From NCBI GenBank assembly GCA_965197585.1, contig OZ240215.1, positions 1,504,001 to 1,568,000 on the forward strand: a DNA stretch of 64,000 nt. The letters run 5' to 3'. The translations under genes and the position numbers were made by a program. Positions 57,742 through 64,000 of the stretch are shown here, piece by piece (position 1 is the first letter of the stretch; the number at the start of each line of letters is the position of its first letter). Source of the DNA: Dehalococcoidia bacterium. Lineage in GTDB: Bacteria; Chloroflexota; Dehalococcoidia; Plut-88900. Below the pieces are notes generated by a model that saw only the letters and a list, made by a program, of their open reading frames with translations, made no database searches and had not been told where the DNA came from.

Positions 57742-58023
57742 CTTGTACACCTCTTACCCGGGAGTCGAGGATCGGAGAAATTCACGACCCTCTCCATAAA
57801 TTATATTGATTTGCCCTTCCCTTTAGCAAGTAGTGACATAGGAGCGTCTGCCAACCCTATCCCCGAGGCCGTTAACTAATGCACAGAAACCTTCCGAACG
57901 CCTCGCTTTAATCGGATATTCGTATAAACGGTTGCCCAAGGAGGTTGGGCGAGGCTACCATATGCCCTGAATGATCTCCCTCTTAGACCTCGCATAATTC
58001 CCAAGCCACGATACGGAGAAAAC

Positions 58024-58722
58024 ATGTCCGCCCAATTGACGCTAACCCAACTCGAGACCCTCCGAAACATCACCGCCCCCACAATTGCCAACGCCATTGA
58101 GACTTTCGATATCCAATCCAGAAGCGTCGGCTTCATGGGCCCCGAGATCAAGTGCATCCTCCCGAGCCTCGGGAACATGGCTGCCTACGCGTGTACGGCA
58201 GTCATCAGCGCCCGTTCCCCTGCCTTCAAAGGACAGGGGCCAACAGCCCGAGACCTCTGGGAGCACGCACTGAGCATCCCCGAGCCCCGCGTCGTTGTCA
58301 TCAAGGACCTGGACTACCCCAACACTATTGGCTCCTTCTGGGGTGAGGTCAACGGCAACGTCCACAAGGCTCTTGGGTGCGTTGGCACGGTTACCGATGG
58401 TGGAGTGCGTGACCTGGACGAGGTCGAGGAGCTAGGCTTCCATTTCTTCGCTACTGAAGTATTGGTCTCCCACGCCTACGTCCACTTGGAAGCCGTGGGC
58501 TGTCCCGTCACCGTCGGAGGTGTGGAGGTCCGGCCCGGTGACTTGATTCACGGCGACAAGCACGGAGTCATCAGCATTCCCTCTGAGATCGCCGCCCGAG
58601 TCGCCGACGCCTCTCAGCAAATGGAAGACTGGGAGCGGCCTGTCATCGAGTTTTGCAAGTCCCTCGACTTTAACGTGGACAAACTGCAGGAACTTATGTC
58701 GAGGCCCCGCCCCTCCAACTAG
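58024..58722 (+). CDS. RraA-like / HMG aldolase family protein
   Basis: TIANAIE, WGEVN, G.VTDGGVRD, V.PGDLIHGD.HGV. Confidence 0.9.
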   Translation: MSAQLTLTQLETLRNITAPTIANAIETFDIQSRSVGFMGPEIKCILPSLGNMAAYACTAVISARSPAFKGQGPTARDLWEHALSIPEPRVVVIKDLDYPNTIGSFWGEVNGNVHKALGCVGTVTDGGVRDLDEVEELGFHFFATEVLVSHAYVHLEAVGCPVTVGGVEVRPGDLIHGDKHGVISIPSEIAARVADASQQMEDWERPVIEFCKSLDFNVDKLQELMSRPRPSN

Positions 58723-59556
58723 CTATAACCCCGACCTGTTGGCCTCCGACTGCCGCTGCGCCGCGATCAGGCATTCCCTGTACGCCGTCTCCACTCCTCG
58801 TCTTTCGAGCGCCTTTATGCCTGCAAAAGTCATGTTGTTCGGCACCCGGGCGTAGTCCAACAGCTTCTCCATTCCTTCGGGTGTACAGTCCTCGCCGTCT
58901 AACACCCTGGACGTGCATCTGAGCGTAGCGAGCGACACCGCCTGGGCGTCCGCCACCGACAACCCCGCCTCCCGACCATAGGCCACCATCGCCTTGATCA
59001 CCGGAAACAGAAAGAACTGGCTGCACGCCTGCAGCACAGTAAATGCGTCCTGCCTTCCGTCCTCGACTACCATGATCTCGTTGCCGAACCTGCCCCAATA
59101 CTCCTTCAGTGCCTCAACGTGTTTCACCGAAGTCCCAGGTTCGAATGTCATAGCAATATAGCCTTCTCCACTCCCCATGAAGACCGGCGTAAATACCCAG
59201 GCCAGGGTGCAGGGGGACTTGAGAAATTGCCGGTACCACGACAGGGGAATCGACGCTGCACCAGTCGCCACGATTTGCTCCTCACCAATAACCGGCCCGA
59301 CCTCCTCCATCAGTGCGGCCATCTGTTCCGGCCTTACCAGGGGAATGATCATGTCCGCACCCTCGCAAGCCTCCCCGTTGGAAGCCAGCACCCGGATCCC
59401 GAATCGCTCTGATACTTCCACTCGACGCTCCGCCCGCCTGTGCGTCGCGACTACCTCCACTCCTCGCGCCTTCTCCTCCTCCGAGGCCATGACCTTCAAA
59501 AGCAATTCTGAGTATCGACCCGCGCCCAGTATCGCAATTCTCTTTATTCTTCCCAT
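58723..59556 (-). CDS. Pyrroline-5-carboxylate reductase-like oxidoreductase (divergent)
   Basis: IAILGAG, VRPEQ, T..GI.ALE..G C-terminal pattern. Confidence 0.75.
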   Translation of the reverse strand: MGRIKRIAILGAGRYSELLLKVMASEEEKARGVEVVATHRRAERRVEVSERFGIRVLASNGEACEGADMIIPLVRPEQMAALMEEVGPVIGEEQIVATGAASIPLSWYRQFLKSPCTLAWVFTPVFMGSGEGYIAMTFEPGTSVKHVEALKEYWGRFGNEIMVVEDGRQDAFTVLQACSQFFLFPVIKAMVAYGREAGLSVADAQAVSLATLRCTSRVLDGEDCTPEGMEKLLDYARVPNNMTFAGIKALERRGVETAYRECLIAAQRQSEANRSGL

Positions 59557-59725
59557 CGCTCTCCTAAAGCCCTATCGAGGGATTTGTATAACAGTTGCTC
59601 CCGCTCCCGAGTCGGATCCATCCTCACGGGCGGGGCATTCCGCTCGCCCTGAGCCGAGTCGAAGGGTCTCAAGAGTGGAATGGGCGGGGTGGCTCAGACC
59701 TGATCTGGAGTTATACAAAGGCTCC

Positions 59726-60817
59726 TTATCCGGTATCAGCCGCAGCCAACTTAGGAGCTGGAAAATCTATGCCGAACTCCTCGGAATAGGTCCGTAGCGC
59801 CTCCACAACTTCCGTATGGAGAGGCACCCCGTCCCTGAGGCGCTTCAACCGAACCTCGTGCTCCTTCTGTCCTGGAATCAACACCGGCTGGTCAGCCTGG
59901 ACCCGTGGTGTCGACCTCATGTCCCGTATCATCTCATCCATCATGGACTTGAACTCCGCCACGGGCCGGAAACCGTCCACCCGAAACGCCCCTAAGAAGT
60001 GCCCGACCACCCGTTTCTCCCGAGACATCGTCGCCCCGAACCCCACTCCCGTCAGCACCCCGGAAAGAATGTCCACCAGCATCCCCAGCCCGAATCCCTT
60101 GTAGCTGCTCAGCTCCGCCATCGACCCCAGGGGCACCAGAGCGCCCCCATTCCAGTAGTCGTTGGGGTCCGTCGTGTCCCGTCCTTCCGAGTCCACCGCC
60201 CACCCCACTGGTATCGGTTCTGACTTTCTCCTCGCGAGCTCCAGCTTCCCGACCGCCACCGCACTGGTAGCCATGTCCAGCACGTACGGGGGTTCCTCTC
60301 CCGCGGGAATCGCATAGCTCATCGCATTCGTCCCGATTTTCCGTTTCGCCCCGAAAGTCGGCAGTACCGCCGGCGACGCCTGCGTCATTGAGATTCCGAT
60401 CATGTCGTGAGGCAGCGCCATCTCCGCATAGTATCCCGCCGACCCGTAATGTCGGCTGTTCGACACCCCCACCAGCCCCACCCCCGTGGCCCGCGCCTTC
60501 TCAATCGCCATCTCCATCGCACGGTGACCTACCACCGACCCTAGCCCACCGTCCCCGTCGACCATCGCTATCGTAGGACCGTCAGTGATAGTCTTCAGCT
60601 TAGGACGTGGATTGACGTTTCCGTTTTTGAGCCCTTTCACGTAGGACTGGTGCGCCGAGAGATGAGCGATACCGTGGGAGTCGATCCCTCGCAGGTCGGC
60701 ATATAACAGGACGTCTGTGCCGATGTCGGCCTCTTCCCCACTCATCCCACACCCCTCCAATATCGAGCTGGCCAGCCGATGCAGTTCATCGGCGTCAAAA
60801 TAGGTGTATTCGTTCAT
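59726..60817 (-). CDS. Ldh_2 (malate/L-lactate/L-sulfolactate dehydrogenase type 2) family oxidoreductase
   Basis: ADLRGIDSHG, NSRHYG, GTN, LDMATS, KGFGL, IPG. Confidence 0.93.
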   Translation of the reverse strand: MNEYTYFDADELHRLASSILEGCGMSGEEADIGTDVLLYADLRGIDSHGIAHLSAHQSYVKGLKNGNVNPRPKLKTITDGPTIAMVDGDGGLGSVVGHRAMEMAIEKARATGVGLVGVSNSRHYGSAGYYAEMALPHDMIGISMTQASPAVLPTFGAKRKIGTNAMSYAIPAGEEPPYVLDMATSAVAVGKLELARRKSEPIPVGWAVDSEGRDTTDPNDYWNGGALVPLGSMAELSSYKGFGLGMLVDILSGVLTGVGFGATMSREKRVVGHFLGAFRVDGFRPVAEFKSMMDEMIRDMRSTPRVQADQPVLIPGQKEHEVRLKRLRDGVPLHTEVVEALRTYSEEFGIDFPAPKLAAADTG

Positions 60818-61061
60818 CTTTTCCCTCGAGGTCAGGGCCGCCGAATTCTACCCTTTTAGCTGAACCCTTGTGTAGAAGGGCCTGATACCTGGAATGGAGA
60901 CTGTCTTGCTGACCCTTTCCCTCACCCCTTGTGTATCAGAGCCTTGCACCTTCAATAGCCCCCGACAGCCGGGGGCTGGTATACTGAGATACGTGACCCA
61001 CCCGAGCCCCTGCCCGGCATTCCTTGGATCCTCCCCTCTTCAACACTGTTAGGAAACCTCA

Positions 61062-61934
61062 ATGAGCAACCTCATCTTCTCGGAATCCCCCGAGCTTAGG
61101 AAACCCAAGGTTGTTGCTGGATTCTCCGGCTGGGCCAATGCAGGCGAGGTGTCCTCCGGCGCTGTCGCATATCTGAAAAGCAAGCTGAACCCCACCAAAT
61201 ACGCAGAGTTTGACCCCGAACCCTTTTATGATTTCACCAATGCCCGGCCTCATGGCGTCATCACCGACGGCGTAGTAAAAAGCCTGCAATTCGTCTCCAA
61301 CGAGTTCTTCTACTGGGAAAACGTCAAGGGAGAGCACGACCTCATCCTATTTCTCGGCACCGAGCCCCACCTCATGTGGCGCCAGTTCTCCGAGGACTTC
61401 TTCTCCGCCTTCCAGGACAGCGACCCCGACGAGCTGATCCTCCTCGGCAGCTTCTACGACTCAACACCCCACACCCGGGACCCCATCGTCTCCGCCGCCG
61501 TCAACGACAGTGGCATGCGCGACACCCTGGCGGAATTCGATCTGCAGTTTACAGACTACGAAGGACCCACCTCCATCCATTCCGTCCTGGAGCATGCCTG
61601 TGTGGAGTTGGGCATACCCAGCATCAGCCTTTGGACCGGCACCCCCCACTACCTCCCCACCGCCAACCCCAAGGCCTGGCGCGCAGTCCTGGACCGACTC
61701 CTGCCCATCCTCGGTATAGACCTCGACCTCCGAGACCTCAACCGCCGCGAGGACCGTCTCATCAAGCAGGTCGAGCAGGCTTTATCCCAGAATCCAAAGC
61801 TGCAACGCTACGTCCGCCAGCTTGAGAACGCCCTCGAGGTCAAAGAGGAAGACGATTCCTTCCAGTCTGAGGAGATCATCAAGAGTTTGGAGGACTTCCT
61901 TAGGCAGCGCCAGCATGACGGGCCGGAGGACTAG
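61062..61934 (+). CDS. PAC2 (proteasome assembly chaperone-like) family protein
   Basis: GFSGWANAG, FYDFT..RP, G.EP, PHTR, YEGPT, PHY, PKA. Confidence 0.9.
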   Translation: MSNLIFSESPELRKPKVVAGFSGWANAGEVSSGAVAYLKSKLNPTKYAEFDPEPFYDFTNARPHGVITDGVVKSLQFVSNEFFYWENVKGEHDLILFLGTEPHLMWRQFSEDFFSAFQDSDPDELILLGSFYDSTPHTRDPIVSAAVNDSGMRDTLAEFDLQFTDYEGPTSIHSVLEHACVELGIPSISLWTGTPHYLPTANPKAWRAVLDRLLPILGIDLDLRDLNRREDRLIKQVEQALSQNPKLQRYVRQLENALEVKEEDDSFQSEEIIKSLEDFLRQRQHDGPED

Positions 61935-61949
61935 ACACCGCCACCTGTC

Positions 61950-62273
61950 TTAAACGTACGGCCCCAGGAACCTGCCCCCTATCACGTGCAGATGCCCGTG
62001 CTCCTGGCTCTGCATGGCATCATCCCCAAAATTCGATACCAGCCGAAACCCGTCCGGACAGTACCTCTTCCCCATCTCTACCGCAATCCTCCCTGCCTCC
62101 GACATGTCCTGCCAATACTCCTCCTGGCCCATGTGCTGTTTCCGCACCACCAGCATCATCACCGGCGCCCAGGTAAGCTTGTTGTCGAAGACCATAAAAT
62201 TCTCATCCTCGTACCGCACGTTGGACGGCGCCACCCCGGAGATGATGTCACAGAAAACGCAGGAAGATGCCAT
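61950..62273 (-). CDS. HIT-family protein
   Basis: CVFC, QSQEHGHLHVIGG. Confidence 0.9.
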   Translation of the reverse strand: MASSCVFCDIISGVAPSNVRYEDENFMVFDNKLTWAPVMMLVVRKQHMGQEEYWQDMSEAGRIAVEMGKRYCPDGFRLVSNFGDDAMQSQEHGHLHVIGGRFLGPYV

Positions 62274-62319
62274 GTTAGTGATTGAGTGAAACTGGTGGTC
62301 GGGGGGAGCCTGAAGCCTG

Positions 62320-63729
62320 TTAACGGCGCTCCCTCATGGACTGCCCTCTGCGGGGACGCGAAACCCTGGTCTCCCCGCTCCGGTAGTCCGGGGCTTCGTC
62401 GATTCCGTAGAACATTGTTAGGCTCGGGTCAGCCAGCCGGGAGCTTATTCTCTCGTCCATCTCGTCCAGCGGGAGCGCCGTGGTTATTACCGTCGGCAGC
62501 CTGCCGTTATAACGATAGTTTATGATCTGGTACAACTTCTCCTTGGCCCAAGGCGTGGCTGCCTGCTCCCCGTAGTCGTCCAAAACCAGCAAAGCAACGG
62601 TCCGCACTTTGTTGAACAGCTCGTCATATGTGATTTTCGCGTCCAGGGAATATGTGGAACGCAGGTAGTCCAGCAAGTCCGGCACAAGGATGAATAGGCC
62701 CTCTTTGCCCCGACTCCGATGGTAGTGAGCGATGGACGCAGCGAGGTGTGTCTTCCCTCGGCCCGGCGGCCCCATCAACACCATCCACCCGTCCAGCGAC
62801 TCTGCGAAGTTGATCGCCGCCCTGTACGCCCCTTCCAGGTTCTGCTTGGCGTCCCCGCGCAAGCCCCTCCCTCCGGGCTTAAACGACTCGAACGTCATGC
62901 CCGATGGCAGGGCCAGACTCAGACTGTCCATGGAACTGAGCACCGATGACCGCCGCTCCACCTCAACGACCGTAGACAGGGCAGGGTCCGTCAGTCGGCT
63001 TTGCAGACTTTCGTCCAACCGGTCCAGCGGAACGTTCGTGGTCACCACCGTGGGAAGCTGGGCGTTGAACCGATGGTTCAGTACCTGGAACAGCTTTTCT
63101 GCTGCCCACGGGCTGCTCGTCTGCGCCCCAAGGTCATCAAGTATCAGCAGCGGCACGTTCCTCACCTGCTCGAACAATTCATCGTAGGTGACCTCGCTGT
63201 TCGGGCCGAAAGTAGCCCTCAGATGATCGAGGAGGTCGGGGACGACCATAAAGAACGTTCTGACCCGGAGGCCGATACAATAGTTGGCTACCGCCGCCGC
63301 AATATGCGTCTTTCCGCCGCCGCTGTTTCCCGTGAGTACCAGCCAGCCCCGAGGCTCCATCGCGTACCGTTTCGCCGCCTCGTAGGCCGCATGAAACAGC
63401 CGCCGATTGTCCTCATCCGGACTCCGGCCTTGTGGAATCAGGTTGTCGAAGGTCAGCCTTGCCAGCGGCCCGAGGTTGCTGTAGCGCTCCAGGCGCTGAG
63501 GGATTCCGGCATCCCATTCCAACTGCATGCACCTGCAGGGCAGTGCCTTGCCAAAGTCGGCGTGGCCAAAGGGAACATCAGATGTCACCCACCCGACGCC
63601 CCCACAGATCTCGCATTCCGGGTCACCGCTGTCTTTAGTCGAATCTGCGGCGGACGAGATGCCCGTATCTCCCCTGGAAATACCTGTCCGTATCTTCTCT
63701 TGATTTAGTATGTCCCCGATCCGTTCCAC
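62320..63729 (-). CDS. DnaC/IstB-like ATPase with two tandem AAA+ domains (helicase-loader-like)
   Basis: CEIC...CRC zinc motif; two Walker A motifs (GNSGGGKTH, GPPGRGKTH) and two L.LDD.G...EKL.Q..N.R.N motifs. Confidence 0.9.
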   Translation of the reverse strand: MERIGDILNQEKIRTGISRGDTGISSAADSTKDSGDPECEICGGVGWVTSDVPFGHADFGKALPCRCMQLEWDAGIPQRLERYSNLGPLARLTFDNLIPQGRSPDEDNRRLFHAAYEAAKRYAMEPRGWLVLTGNSGGGKTHIAAAVANYCIGLRVRTFFMVVPDLLDHLRATFGPNSEVTYDELFEQVRNVPLLILDDLGAQTSSPWAAEKLFQVLNHRFNAQLPTVVTTNVPLDRLDESLQSRLTDPALSTVVEVERRSSVLSSMDSLSLALPSGMTFESFKPGGRGLRGDAKQNLEGAYRAAINFAESLDGWMVLMGPPGRGKTHLAASIAHYHRSRGKEGLFILVPDLLDYLRSTYSLDAKITYDELFNKVRTVALLVLDDYGEQAATPWAKEKLYQIINYRYNGRLPTVITTALPLDEMDERISSRLADPSLTMFYGIDEAPDYRSGETRVSRPRRGQSMRERR

Positions 63730-64000
63730 CGCTCCTGCCTTCCGTCTTCCATTTCTTCAGAATGGCCTCGATGTATCTCCAGCTCCGAGCCTCGTACTTG
63801 ACTGCTTCCTGGATCGCCTCGGCAATCCATTCTTCGGGATAATTATCCAGGGCATCGTTGAGTTCGTCGGACACCAGAGGCGTAAGAGGCCCGATATTGT
63901 CCTCGTATAGCGAGAAGATATTGGGCCGAGATTCACCGGCCGTAACGTCGACGGGCACCCTTCCGAAATCAATGTCTCTGCTCTGGATGCGTGTGAGGTC
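63635..64000 (-). CDS. DnaD-domain replication protein (partial, 5' end outside the window)
   Basis: NIFSLYEDNIG.LTP, WI.EAI.EAV, RSWRYIEAILKKW; overlaps the DnaC-like gene. Confidence 0.88.
   Translation of the reverse strand, partial: DLTRIQSRDIDFGRVPVDVTAGESRPNIFSLYEDNIGPLTPLVSDELNDALDNYPEEWIAEAIQEAVKYEARSWRYIEAILKKWKTEGRSGGTDRGHTKSREDTDRYFQGRYGHLVRRRFD

Noticed and set aside
60957-61030. TPP-riboswitch-like GGGG...CTGAGA...ACCC upstream of the PAC2 gene
   Set aside because: The CCTGA...TAATGCC..CGTAGG half is missing and the downstream gene is unrelated; more likely a hairpin plus a TATACT -10 box
104-63972. Many long overlapping alternative-frame ORFs (e.g. 28995..30068, 38491..39624, 55550..56608)
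   Set aside because: Expected shadows in high-GC coding DNA, opposite well-supported genes

Overview
GC-rich bacterial chromosomal segment. Gene content points to Chloroflexota/Dehalococcoidia (SAR202-like; inference): four luciferase-like monooxygenases, an enolase-superfamily dehydratase, amidohydrolases, a PAC2 protein, a DnaD plus tandem DnaC pair and a siroheme-route (Ahb) heme operon. It also carries tRNA-Gly(TCC), a complete IS481-family element with terminal inverted repeats and a 5-bp target duplication, a single-chain type IIG/ISP-like restriction-modification gene, two complete toxin-antitoxin pairs, an orphan antitoxin and several families of REP-like intergenic palindromes. Five signals are not explained by the ORF track. 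(1) Three genes are split by an in-frame TGA at a conserved Cys/Sec position, each followed by a GU-loop hairpin, so they are probable selenoproteins: a UGSC protein, a thioredoxin-NHL protein and, unusually, an M20D amidohydrolase with MHA-U-GHD at the metal-ligand Cys. (2) A ~430-nt non-coding block upstream of tRNA-Gly has a long closing helix, many hairpins and two pseudoknot/kissing-loop pairings, making it a candidate large ncRNA that I do not recognise. (3) A CAATC array is phased at ~10.5 bp. (4) A 19-bp hairpin family has fully compensated, variable inner stems. (5) The IS481 element sits inside a REP palindrome. All calls come from reading the sequence; no database searches were run.
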